Below are positions 24,645 through 37,599 of a stretch of 64,000 nucleotides of DNA, piece by piece. The DNA comes from Octopus bimaculoides (taxonomy: Eukaryota), in NCBI RefSeq assembly GCF_001194135.2, contig NC_068993.1:12880323-12944322 (forward strand), written 5' to 3'. The position numbers and the translations under genes were made by a program. Within the stretch, counting starts at the first letter, position 1; each line of letters begins with the position of its first letter. Under the pieces are notes generated by a model. It saw only the letters and a list, made by a program, of their open reading frames with translations, was not told where the DNA came from and searched no databases.

Positions 24645-25288
24645 CCTTGGTTTTGTGAGCGTGTGTGTGTGTATATATATTTATATATATATATTTATAT
24701 CCTTTAAGTAAACACATGTCTTTCATAATTTACCAGAAATCTCTTCTCTGCTATCCTCTATTAAGTTTGTCATGACATCACTGGAAGATATGGGCTTGTC
24801 AATTATGCATGGTCTGGGGCTCTCTACACAAAATGCACTTTCTGGAAAAGCAAAAAAAGAAAGAGGAAGGATTAATTCTTACTAAGACTTTAAAAAGCCT
24901 TTCTGAGCCTTTATGGAATGTGACAATATTAGTGGGACTGTCTTCTAAAAGTTATACATTTATTTTTTTCCCACGTCTTTTGTATACATATGTTAGGAAT
25001 AGGCTAACACCCTTGCACACACTATCTCTCTCTCTCTCACACACACACATATATAAATATGTATGTGCGTATTAGACACATATACACACTTTAGAAATAC
25101 TCACATACTCACGCAAATGCATTTTTCTCCCTTTGTTCTAAGAAACTACTCCTATCATCTCCATTTGACGTACAAAGTATATACATGTGTGTAGAGATAG
25201 ATTAAGAAAGACTGACAGACAGGCAGCTAGAATTAGATACATATACGTTAGTTTAAATAAGAAGTTATGAGAGTACTATACTCCTAAA

Positions 25289-25550
25289 GTGGAGGCGCGT
25301 GGCTTAGTGGTTAGGGTGCCATTACCATGATCGTAAGATTGTTGTTTCGATTCATGGACCGGGCGAGGCGTTGTGTCCTTCAGCAAAACACTTCATTTCA
25401 TGTTGCTCCAGTCCACTCAGCTGGCAAAAATGAGTAACGCGGCGATGGACTGGCGTCTCGTCCATCTGGGGAACACGTACGCCACTGAAACCGGGAAACC
25501 GGACCCATGAGCCTAGCTAGGCTTTAAAAGGGCGCATTCATTTATTTTAT
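25289..25550 (+). mobile_element. tRNA-derived SINE, family C, full length
   Basis: Head GGAGGCGCGTGGCTTAGTGGTTAGGGTG..GTTTCGATTC; central GTTGTGTCCTTCAGCAAAACACTTCATTTCATGTTGCTCCAGTCCACTCAGCTGGCAAAAATGAGT; TSD TATACTCCTAAA at 25277-25288 and 25551-25562. Confidence 0.85.
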
Positions 25551-28305
25551 TATACTCCTAAAAGTACTCTCATAATATTGCAAGCTCTCGAAGTTTCTCT
25601 TTACTGCTCTCCGGACGAAGATCTATTTCACGAAATATATATATATGTGTATGTATGTGTGTAATGTATGTATGCATGTAATGTATGTATGGAAATATAC
25701 TAATATACGTATATGTATTTAAGTATGCATTTATATGCATATGTTCGTATGTATAAGTGTGAGAATGTGTACATAGAAGCATGATATAGTTTTGCGATGT
25801 TCTTAATAATACCAAAGCTGATTGATTTAAGCCCCAGCGATGGCTGCTCTGCTGTTCATTGTGCACCAGTGTTAGTGACACCTAATGAAGTGAGTGGCTT
25901 TCGGAATGAACATCCCTTGTCTTGCTGCTTCCATACAAACCTCGACTTGATGGATGAAGTGCAGTGTACATACATACCATTCTGTTTTAGACACTGAAAG
26001 CTAATGGGGTTCGCAAGATTAGAACAGGAAAGGAGGCTGTTTTGCCACGATTAAGACACTAGTTAAAACGTTTCGTTGACCTATGGTCAAAGAGAGCAAA
26101 GAATATCCGGACAGCCGTTAAATATTTCAAGAGACATAGTGATGAAAATTCTCTGAGTGTGTGTGTATTTGCGTGTAATGCAAACAGAAACAGAAAGCAA
26201 GATAGAGAGAGAGAGAGATATATATATATAACGATAAAAAGAGAGGGTTGCTGAGAGAAGCAGAAAGAAAGAGTGAAAGACAAGAACAGATAGGGGAACT
26301 GAAATATCTAGAATGAAAGAGAAAGAGAGAGGGTGAGAGAGATGAGAATGGGAAAGACAGAGAGACGTAAAAATAAAAGCACTCTTCATTGATTCCTTGT
26401 TTTGAATTATTAAACAGATCTAAAGAGATATTCAGACGAAAATTTAGCTTTGCTGTATTTTTGTCATTTGATTTTTTTATTATTTATTATCATTTTTTTT
26501 ACCCATTACACTGTCTGTACATTGAAAGTTTTATATTTTTATTTGTATCTTTATTCTTATCATTTCTATTTTATTTTTTTAAAGACCGGCTTGGAGCCAC
26601 TTGGAGTTTCCTACAATTACAATTCTAACCCCAAACCTATTTCATACACTCATGTATTCACACACACATACACACACATGCACGCACATTCAAGCCACAT
26701 ATACATGTATATACACACTGGCGCGTGCAACACGCACACATATACAGATATAAAACCTTATAGATTATATGTATACACACGTGTGTATCTATGGGCGTGT
26801 GTTCGGTTCCACAAACAGACGAATATCTGTTTAAATTTCTCTATTCTAAAAATTGTATATTTGAAAAAGACAATACAAATTCACATGTTTTATTCAAATT
26901 TGTATATAATTATTGAAATATATTTATATGTGTACCTGTATATACATACCACCATACTTACATATATACCTCCATATATAGATTTATAATATGTCGGTTT
27001 GTGTATACGCAAGCACCATTATACATATGTAAAAATCGAAGCGTTTGTAGTCTGCAAAGACTTACAATCGTTTTATGAACTTGTAATATAAACAGTGGTA
27101 TATATTCAATTATTGATTCTGACTTTTATTTTCTTTCAATTTATACCGAAAAGAATACTGACGCTTCTTTCTGTCTAGATAATTTACCTATATATATATA
27201 TATATATATCGTATATGTGTTTATATGTAAGTGAATATATATATATTACCAAACTTTATTTCTCGTACTTATTGCGACTTAACTTGCATCACATCCATGA
27301 TTGGTAATGTTTAGAAAAGTTTAGATGTGTTTCTTCTGCATTAAGTATTGGCATCAATGTTTTTGTATATACATTTTATATGATAGCTATTCTATTCCAA
27401 TTTGCCTACACGCAGTCTCTCCCTCTTAACTTTCGCCTGTATCCCTCTATCTATTTCTCTCGCTATCTCTTTCACACACTCACACAGAGATGTGTACGTG
27501 TATACATATTGATACTGAGACGTATCTGTTTATTTCTACATAATTATTACAGAGAATTCATATCCCTATTCAATAACAGCTAATTGTCTTGTTATAACTG
27601 TACACAGTACCCTGTGTCTATTTTAAATGTTTATGAATGATAGCCCTATGTATTGCGTGTGGTTTCACCAGTTCAGTGTATGTTGCAGATTGTGGAGAAC
27701 TTAAAAACTTTGTAGTTATAAGTAAATACTGTATTTTTCATGTTCGATGTTAATATTTCTTATAAGTAGATGTTGGTGTGAAGGCATATTATACCAAAGT
27801 TTTGCTCTTAGTACTTCTCTATTGATTCCTAGGGCGACTTTGTTTTTAACGCTGCTGACAACACCGAATTTAATGGTGGTGCGTAGGTGTCGAAACCATA
27901 ATGATATCCGTCAGGCAGCAGATGATGAGAGTGTATGTTTGATGTACTTGTTTGTGAATACATTGTACAATTAATGTCGTTGTTCTGAGTTGTCTTTCAT
28001 TCTCATAAAGTTGGTGATATTCATGATCAACACTAGGTTTGTAAAACGTAAGTGATTTTTAATTAGAAATTAATTATTTTTTCTTCTAATACATAGGGTG
28101 CTACTTCTTTTTTTGTCCACAACCTGGACTTGAGCTTAAACTAATAGCTTTCGATATTTCATCCAAATTTTCTACCTTCGTATAGCTACCATAATACGCA
28201 TATGAATGCGCGTATGAAACCCCATCCCCCCACAGTACACACATATTAGGGGTGTACAAATTTTGAAATTTTTCGTCATTGGCAATCGTAACTATTTTGC
28301 TGATA

Positions 28306-28441
28306 GACTTTGCCTTTCATCGTTTTGGGGTCGATAAATTAAGTACCAGTTACACACTGGGGTCGATGTAATCGACTTAATCCCTTTGTCTAACCTTGTT
28401 TGTCCCCTCTATGTTTAGCCCCTTGTGGGCAATAAAGAAAT

Positions 28442-28442
<1 letters not shown>
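28306..28442 (+). mobile_element. SINE family B (tail B1), 5'-truncated
   Basis: GACTTTGCCTTTCATCGTTTTGGGGTCGATAAATTAAGTACCAG..AGCCCCTTGTGGGCAATAAAGAAATA followed by (AGAT)n. Confidence 0.88.
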
Positions 28443-28476
<34 letters not shown>

Positions 28477-28668
28477 GCATTTACATGTGCGCTTAATTTT
28501 GTGCGGGTGGTGGTAGGGCCTACAGGGTAAATACTATCTGTGTAGTTGTGCTTCTTTATATGTATGGAAACGTAAATTGCGCGTTCGTATTTTGTTGTTT
28601 AGTCAATTATTATGCTCATTTAACATGCAAACACATGGCAGAGCAAGTGCCTCAACATAGGCAAGTAC

Positions 28669-28701
<33 letters not shown>

Positions 28702-28772
28702 TTACACACTTACACATACAATCACATACAAACACACACATGCTTACACACACATTCCTATATGCATGCATA

Positions 28773-28829
<57 letters not shown>

Positions 28830-29131
28830 NNNNNNNNNNNNNNNNNNNNNNNNNNNNNNNNNNNNNNNNNNNNNNNNNNNNNNNNNNNNNNNNNNNNNNN
28901 NNNNNNNNNNNNNNNNNNNNNNNNNNTTATAAGTGTGTTAATCTTTATGTGGGTAAGGTTAAGAGTGAGAGAGAGATTAAGGAGACAAAGAGAGTGAGGG
29001 CTTGTGTTTAAGTAACCCAACTCTGCTTGTCATCATACTGTTCTTAGTATACCCCCCCCCCACCGCATATATGAAAGTCACATTCGTTCATGTGAGTGAA
29101 TATGGACGAGAAAGTCAGACAAACTGGGAAT

Positions 29132-29166
<35 letters not shown>

Positions 29167-29258
29167 AGCGTGTGCACATACACAGAGAGAGAGGAGGGGT
29201 GAATAATTATCTCAAGATTTCTCATTTTCTTACTCTGAGCCCTTCATCTGCCTATTCA

Positions 29259-29300
<42 letters not shown>

Positions 29301-29410
29301 CTCTCTATTTCTCTTTCCTTATTGTCTGCCATTATGTTAATATGTATACGTGTACATATATTCATGTAGTAATAACATATATTCGCATGAATTGACGTAT
29401 TTGTGTGTGC

Positions 29411-29448
<38 letters not shown>

Positions 29449-30312
29449 AAACTGCTAATTCTTGTAGCAATATAAAATATACAAATGTTTCTTTTTTCTT
29501 AATGTAAAAACATATCCACCATTAAAACATTGAAAGTTATCTGACACCGATTCTGTCTATCATGAATTCAGTTCTTAAACCTTAAACAGCTAAACGAGAG
29601 GAGTGAGTGTATATTTTCTATTTTATCAAGAGATGATTAACTTAGATTAGATATAAAGAATTGACTCAATTACTATATATAAAACTGGGCTTGTACCCAA
29701 CGAATTCTAATGTAATGTAAACTGATTGTTTTCTTCTTTCTCATACGTTTCGTGTAACTAAATAGTTTGACGTGAAACTGAAAGCTAACTCTGGTTTTCC
29801 TGTAAAAAAAAAAAATGAAATAAAATGGCGTCGTATCACTATTAATAAAACATATGTTTTTAATCCTGTACATAATTGTGGATAAATGAAGAAAATTAAA
29901 TACTGCAGGATTTATCGGTTAAATTAGAATGTATGTAAAGAATTTTTATTTCAGTAACAACAAAACTGCTTTCGAGCTATACAGACAAAAAACGCGATCT
30001 TTCTAACTTCACAGATTAATGGCTAACTTCGAAAATTTCGTATTGAAATACAAATAAGTTTTAAATGTAAATAGTAAGAATATAAAGCATAAATGTTTTA
30101 AAATTTAATCGTATTAATTAGAAATAGGCATTAAATAAAATACTTTAAGGTCTCTAAAAGAAACATGTATGAAGAGTTTTGTTTTGAAATAAAAATATCC
30201 TTAAGGAATTTAAACAGAAAAAATATAAGCCTAAAATGTTTGAAAGACACACCGTATAAATTAAAAAAAAACGTATTAATAATGGTTTAGCACCCTATAA
30301 TGCATATATAGA

Positions 30313-30357
<45 letters not shown>

Positions 30358-30464
30358 NNNNNNNNNNATATAAAACCAATTATTTTCTTAAACTATACCG
30401 CTAAAATCTGTCAGGGATCGTCTATTTTTAGAATAGGTTTTAGAAATTGATAAATGTCTGTCTT

Positions 30465-30735
30465 ATTTGAGCAACCTTACCGTGGAGAGAGAAAGTGGGA
30501 TCAACTGAACAGTTGCTTCGGGTATCACTATAGTTTCCTCTGCAATCGTTTACCTACTATGATTTCTATGAGGTGCGCCAAATACCAGAATCGTTTGCAG
30601 TATTCTAGGGAAAGAGATAGTTGGCACAGCTATTCCCAGTAGAAATTGGCTGTAGGTTATTACCTGTCCAGTCGCTATGGAGAATACTTAAAGCCTTTGG
30701 AGTGAGAGGAAGAAAAAAGATGAAAATTAGGTAGA
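30465..30735 (+). mobile_element. Degenerate C-terminal restriction-like endonuclease region of an RLE non-LTR element (HERO/NeSL-like)
   Basis: Frameshifted translation LTVE.. / AKYQNRLQYSRERDSWHSY / FPVEIGCRLLPVQSLWRILKAFGVRGRKK (from 30633) matches the recalled LTVPWE..AKY..W..FPVEVGCRGF..S.W..L..LG motif of HERO-type elements. Confidence 0.6.
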
Positions 30736-31509
30736 AAATGTCTTTTACTGTTTAAGGACCAACAGATAGAATCTAAGATGGATAAATACTTTGGCCAACA
30801 TTGCCAATCGACAATGTATGTTTGTGTTACTGTTCACAATGTTAGCGATAGACTATCTGGTGACATCATATCCTCCAGTTCACAAAAGGTAAACGAAAGT
30901 GAAGCATATTTTCGATGTAATCATTTTCGCAGTATTTTAATGAAAGCAGTCTAATCTCTGATGAGGTGAGCAAGCAAGAAACAATAACGTCAGATGTGTG
31001 TGTGTGTGTGAGTGTGAGAGAGAGAGAGAGTAATTTTGCTGTGAGAATCCATAAGGATCGAGGCACATTAACTCGTATAACACCAGAACTGGCTAGATAC
31101 GATAACAGACCTTACAGTGAAATAAACAAAATTAATTGTAGGCATCAAGTGTGTGTGTGTATCTTTGCCTAGCCGTATTCTATGTCTATTTGTCTACATC
31201 CACATCACACATAATATAACTCCATCTGCCTATTTGTATGAATGCACGTTCACCAACATACACACACACACACACACACACTTATCTACCATTCCCTATT
31301 TCCAACACAGTTGTAGTCGACTGTTTATTTTTCCAGTTCTGTTCAGTAGCAACACATTGCTATGTTATTTATTTTAGCCATCTTCCCGTCCCTTCCCTGC
31401 AGACACACACACACACACACACATACATATCACATACACACGCACATATCACATACACACACACGTAGATCCATATATAGAAGCTTACTTTCTTCCTTCC
31501 TTTTTCTCT

Positions 31510-31825
31510 ACACTGCTTGACGTCATAATTACTAGTGTTTCGAAGCATCGGAGAAATTAACCAATTGTAAACAGCTGCATTATGACACGGGCATTATCAA
31601 CCGGAAGTAAGTACTCTGAACAAACGACCTCGCCACCAACTGAGCTATGACCTGGACTTCGATATCGCTGAACCAATAAATAAATAAATACAAGATACTT
31701 CAGGAATGAAATACGACACTAAATTAGGTTTGCAGTCAATTGGAAGCGATGGAATGGCACAAAAGGTGCGGGGCTGGATTAAACGTATTATAGTAATTTT
31801 TTTGAGCCAATGAGTGCGCGCCTGA
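31510..31825 (+). promoter_or_regulatory. Motif cluster resembling a promoter or first exon
   Basis: Repeat-free stretch with TGACGTCA (31518-25), CCAAT (31561, 31673, 31807) and CCGGAAGT (31601-08) overlapping a GTAAGT donor (31607-12). Motifs only, no transcript evidence. Confidence 0.25.
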
Positions 31826-32701
31826 TGCGTTAAAAATAGTAGCCAAATACCCTCTCGCATCACGTTCTACCCTTTCATTAAAAAGAATAACGTAATCGTG
31901 GATGCACAAAAATAAGTGATCGCCAAAGTTAGAACAACTTAGACCTTGCCTGTTGTGTCATGGCTGACCTGAATATAAACCAGCAAGGAGAAAAACGACT
32001 GCAATTAGCAGTAATCTGCACAAACGAAGGAGCCTCTGCATGGTCACATGACCTGCTAGAAAGAGCCGCCAAAAGAGTTTGTTTTCATTGTATTATATAC
32101 AAATTGATAGAATGAAAAAATATCAGATGGTCAGAACTAGAATAGCATTTATCATCTCTGCTCCAATAAGTATGAACTGAAGCTAAAAATAACAAAGCAA
32201 CATGAATAACATAATGAGAGCGAGAAATAGCAGCCACATTAACCTCGAATCGCAGCCTGTTTTCTTGGTAACTGCGGGACATATTTGATTATTGCAGTCC
32301 TAGGTATCCATTTATGTACAGGATGGTAACGGCTAGGATCATGTTTTTGATTCTAGGACTCTTAGATCTGATTTTACCTGATGCAAAACATCAAAAAAGC
32401 AGTTACCTGTTACTAGATACGTCATTCTACCGCTCGTAATTCAAATCGTGCCGAGCTCTGAGTTGGCTAATTTTTTCTCTCTCCCTTTTTTATTTATCTA
32501 TTTATTTATTTATTTATTGTGAACAATATAAATTTCTTGTCTTCATTTCAAATCCCAGAATTTATGTTGCCAAATGGAAGATGTCAGGTATGGTTTTGGG
32601 GTGGGTGGCAACGATAGAGCATCGTGAAGCAAAAAGGGAGCTCCAAAATGCCCCTAATAGCTGCAAGACACATCAAATCGCATTCCGTTTTATGACAAGA
32701 A

Positions 32702-32755
<54 letters not shown>

Positions 32756-33041
32756 CATATTTACTCGATATACGAGTCTCCGTGATAAAAAAAAAAAAAA
32801 CTGGACGAGATAGTCTAGCATGAGATTACCATTTATCGCTCAATCTGCTGTGGCCTAGATGGGACTAAACAATGCCATCACTACTAACAAAACAACTATC
32901 TTTTAACGTTGTTATTGTTCAGCTCAGTCAGATGGAATCCAGTACACATATAATAAAATCCTTTCAAAGCGTGACCTGCATATTAGTTTATCTATATATA
33001 CGACTGGTAATCTAGGAATACATTTTCGAACGTGTCATTTT

Positions 33042-33659
33042 CTAAGACAGCATGGTGTAATTCGAGGATCTGGTTGCTATTTTTAGCAGATTGATAGGTA
33101 TGACGTTGGTATTGAATGGTAAAGAGCCTAACAAATGTACGCTTAGTTTTAATATAGAGATTTTGATTCTTATAAAATCTCTAATCCTTTGGGAAAGTTT
33201 GACATTTATCCTTGTGGAGAAAGTCAGTTTAAAATTTAGAAATATGCCAGTAATATGATAGGATCTTATTCCATCACCTACATTCCTCACTTGCTCGTGG
33301 CTAAGAAAGGAATCAATGAGATCAATAATGGCTGCTCTACTATAGGTTGTAGTCCATCATTTCCATTCGGTTCGGATTTCAAGATCGTATTTCACTGTAT
33401 TCATCATTTTCATGTGATGAGAAATGGCATAAACATCACGAATTCCTATACCATTGTTGATATCTTTTTGTTCATACATAAATATATAACTATATGTGTT
33501 ATATTCACCACGAATAAACAAACGCAGAACGGCGCTAGCTATAATATTTTGACGCAAAGAATCCTCTCTTACACCTATCAGACACCAGTATTTCAGTGTG
33601 GTTCCGACTTCTCTGTGATGACCACACTCAGATACGCTAGTCGGAAATTTTTGTTCTAA
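33042..33659 (-). pseudogene. Degenerate 206-codon reading frame of unknown origin, truncated by a solo LTR
   Basis: Track ORFs 33357-33557 and 33042-33290 are in the same frame and join through a single TGA (33357-59). The frame is open from 33659 (LEQKFPTSV..) to TAG 33042-44. The sequence is non-repetitive and complex, and a same-register antisense ORF spans 33255-33659. Confidence 0.45.
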
Positions 33660-33660
33660 A

Positions 33661-34098
33661 TGTTACGATCAGACAAATTATAATGTGAGAAAAAGGGGTA
33701 AACTTCTGATCGCAACAACAAAGTGTTCAAACAGGGAAGTAAATGTTCATATATGGAGATTATGTCCAGTCTCAATGGTTTCAAGGTAGGTGGTGAACGA
33801 TCCGACCCGTATGCAGCTCCGTCTCGTTCTGGTTCTATCCGCGCCAAGCTCCCGCTGTCTTCCCCACTCCCCTTTTCAACAGGAAGTACAAGATTACCTG
33901 CCTTGCTCGTTAACAGGAAGTGAACGAGGTTACCTGTCTCGTACTATGCTAACTTCCTGTGTATATATATATATTTGGTTATTCATACCAACGTTATTTC
34001 ACTTCTGCCAAACGGTCGTTGACAAACGTTTATCTCGCCACCTTCGGAAAATATAGGGTAAGTTTTCACCCCTCATTATCTTATAGATATACATAACA
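33661..34098 (+). mobile_element. Solo LTR, second copy of the 4477-4907 family
   Basis: TGTTACGATCAGACAAATTA..CATAACA, colinear with 4477-4907 (about 90% similar by eye). Flanks TAAA / TAAT form an imperfect 4-bp TSD. Confidence 0.85.
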
Positions 34099-34720
34099 TA
34101 ATACAGAAATAAACAAAATTATTAACTAATTGTTGTGGGAGTTTGGCCAAGCTTCAGTTTAGTCAATAAAGGCGCTTGAAACAGAATTTGCTTAAGATAA
34201 CGAAGAGTATTACAGTTATAATATATGTACACTAGTATAATGGAGTTGGTTGTAATATTTTGTCACAGAGAAGCTTTTCTTACGCGGCTCTGTATCAAAA
34301 GCACAGAGTTATCTCAAAATATTAGTGGGTCATCAGACAGCGGAGTTTTGGCTTGATTTGGCCTCTTCATACATACGTTCAATATGTGCGTTAGTGCGGT
34401 GTATACAATTGTGTAAAATAATTAACATAGTAGCATTCTTAAACATGAATTTATTAAGATATATATATATATATATATATAACAGTCAGGTATGCCTGAG
34501 CTGCTTTCAAAATTCGAACGTCTGTAGTTTTAGTATGGTCATACTGCTCGACACACAGGACTGGTGTATTTTTTTATGGCTTCGAATTGTCCAATATTTT
34601 ATGAGAAAAGTTTGGTAAACGAAAGTATGTTTGTATGTATTAATAAAGCCTGACACAAGCACAGTTTTATATATTTTCCTTTTCATCCATGATACTCTAT
34701 TTCCCTCTGTTACCTATTAA

Positions 34721-34757
34721 ATTTCTGAAGAAACAGTTAAACTCGAAACGTCAGAGA
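34721..34757 (+). ncRNA. Degenerate minimal hammerhead-like motif
   Basis: CTGAAGA (34725-31) .. CTC-GAAA-CGTC (34742-52); canonical core but weak stems I and II. Confidence 0.3.
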
Positions 34758-35549
34758 CATATCTTCTTTCTTACATTTCAAAGAACATGAAGCAAATATT
34801 TGCGCATAGATTTCTTTGCCGCCTGAGATGTTATACACGTCGTTAATTTTCAACCCATATACACGTACACACATGTGTTGCATGTTTCTCTTCGAATATA
34901 TCGGTTAAAGATGTAAAACATTGATGAGAAAATAGATAAACCGTTGCTTTCGAAAGAAAAAGACTTCTTAAGAAATTTTAACTCTTTATCATTCTAGCCA
35001 TCATAAATGCTATGAACCGTTGGCTTTTGGTTCGTTAGAAACCTCCGACATTATTGTTCACAGAATCCGATATAAAATATATTCGAAATAAAATATAAAT
35101 AAAATAAATACGTCTCCATCGATATAACGATGGATTTTTGAAACTTTTGATTCGATAATAGTTTGCTATTTCAAAGTTCAACTTTAGTTGACCTGTCTGC
35201 TGGCAATAATGTCAGAGGGATTGGAATTTCACTGAAAGCAGACGACACCATTACACACTCTATAATTTTATACCAACACAGGCAAACAGATTACACTTAT
35301 CATGTGACTTGTTAAATAAAAACAAAACAAAAAGTAAATAAATAAGAATAATCATAAAACAAAATATCAGAAAAAAATAAGGCCAGAATGATGTTGCTGT
35401 TATTGTTGATGATAGTATCGCCTCTGACTTGTTTATTTTATTTTGCAATTTATTTTAACTGTTTTCTAACTTCCATTTCGAAACATACTCACGCTCTCTC
35501 AATTCCCTATTATAAATTTTTATATTTCACACACACACACACACACACA

Positions 35550-36280
35550 CACTTTGTCTCTCCCTCCCTCTACCTCTCTTTACCTCTGTCTCTCTTTCTC
35601 TCTCTACTTTTCTATCTCTCTTTACCCCTCTCTCTCTGTTTACCTTTCTCTTTCCCGGCCTCTCTTTCTCTCTCTTCCGTCTTACATCTTCTCCTCCCTT
35701 TCTCTCTTTACAGTTCTTTATACCGCTCTCTTCCATTACTCTCTCTCTCTCACTCTCTCTCTCTCATCCTCTCTCGTTCACATTTCTCTATTGTTATTCC
35801 ATCGCTTATCTCTGTTTCTCTTATCGTTTCACATCTTTCCTTTATTTTTGTATTACATTCTTTATCGCCTCATTGTTAATATATTCCATTCTGTCTCTCC
35901 CTCCCTCTCTCTCTCTCTCTCGCTTTATTCCCACCTTTTTTTGTTTTACCTTTACACTTTTTATGCTTTTCTGTCTTTGATCTTCCCTTGTCTCTCTCCT
36001 TCTCTGTGTATCTATAGCTTTCTTTACATTTGTTTCTTTCTTCCCATTATTCTGCATGTCTATTCCGTCATTCCATCTTCTATTTATCATTTAGCTCTAC
36101 CTTTCAGTATATTTTCTTCCCCACCCCTCTCTCTCTCTCTCTTAACAGTTTTCCAAATTTTCTCATTTTATCACCATACTCTCTTTCTCACTCATTCACT
36201 ACCTCTCCATCTATCTTTCCTTCATTCACTCTCTTAGATACACACATTCTCTTCTATTTCTCCTTCCATATATTTTATCA
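35550..36280. repeat. Long CT-rich polypyrimidine low-complexity tract
   Basis: About 700 bp dominated by C/T; source of the Leu/Ser ORFs 35388-35879 and 35554-36237. Confidence 0.85.
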
Positions 36281-36755
36281 TTATCATCATCAACATAGTC
36301 TCATAAACACTTTGCTTTTGGGCACACCACTAAACTAAAAAGCTAAACATTACATAGTGTTTCTAAAAACGATTAAACAGCACTGGATTTTCATTGCTTT
36401 CTCCAAACCTAGCGAAGAAGGTTGAAGTTTGCATTCGATGTTAATAATCTCCTATTATACTGAGAGGAATAAGGTCTTGTTATAATAGAATTCACAGAAA
36501 CTAGTGAAGATGTTCCGTGTCGGCAAATACTATTTGTCATGTGATTGGTAGGTAGTTAGATCTATATAGACAGTACAGCTTAAATCTGAATTGCTGAAAG
36601 GTGTTAAAACTTACAACTTTTTTTTATGCAACGCTTTAAGCGTGGAGATTACAGTCGATGTGCAAACATTCTAAAGTTCTCCGAAATAGAGAGAACAGTA
36701 ATGTTACACTCATATGTATGTATACACACACACACACACACTTTTTCTTTCTCTT

Positions 36756-36786
<31 letters not shown>

Positions 36787-37599
36787 ATCTCTCTCTTTCA
36801 TACGCACATACACACACAAACACCATTGTATGCGGTTGGGATAAAACAAGTGCGCCGTTTGTAGCCCGGTCCTTCGTCAAAAAAGAAAAGAAGATGAATA
36901 TTCAACCCCTCCCTCCCTCTCTCCTTCCTTCCCTCTCTATCTATCTTTCTCTCTCTTTCTCTTTCTCTCTCTCAGATTTGCACTGAAACTTTAGGGCAAC
37001 CATTTCCAAACGGCATGTTAACGTCTTGAAAAAAATGTTAATACTTTCAAACCTATAGAATTTGGAAAACTAGAAATTTTGTAAATTCAATTTCATGGCA
37101 ACAACAGAGCTACGAACCGCTGATTTCTTGGCTGGTTGTTCCAGGAGTCTCCATTCTGCTATCTGCTACATATACATATATATATTATAACGGCATATAT
37201 GCGCATATAAATTCACTGTCTCTGTCACTCACACATACATACACACACTCTCCCCCTCTCTCTCTCTCTCTCATATTTATTACAAATTCTGTTTCACATA
37301 TCTTATTACCTTTTTCACTTCTTTTTCTTCCTATTCATTCTCGTCCTTTTAGTTATATCCCGCCTGTAATAACTATATTTATTAAGGCTTTCTCTATTTG
37401 TTGTCGTTGCTGTTTGTATTTCGTTTATAGTTACTGATGTAGCAGCAGCAGTGGTAGTAGTAGTAGTAACTGTTATTGTTGTTTGTTTTCGTTCTGTGTC
37501 ATTATTAAGTCATTTCCAGCTGTGTTACAATTAACGTATTTGTTATATGATTAACAAAATACTTTAATTTTGAAATAGTTTCATTTGATGGAATGAATG

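Noticed and set aside
25289-25370. tRNA-like heads of the SINEs as possible tRNA genes
   Set aside because: They continue into SINE bodies with TSDs and lack a complete cloverleaf and acceptor stem.
27620-27975. Minus-strand frame of about 117 codons with one stop
   Set aside because: A single stop-free run of this length is expected several times by chance in this much sequence; no recognisable motif.
35388-36338. Leu/Ser-rich ORFs up to 227 aa
   Set aside because: CT-rich tract that cannot encode stops on this strand.
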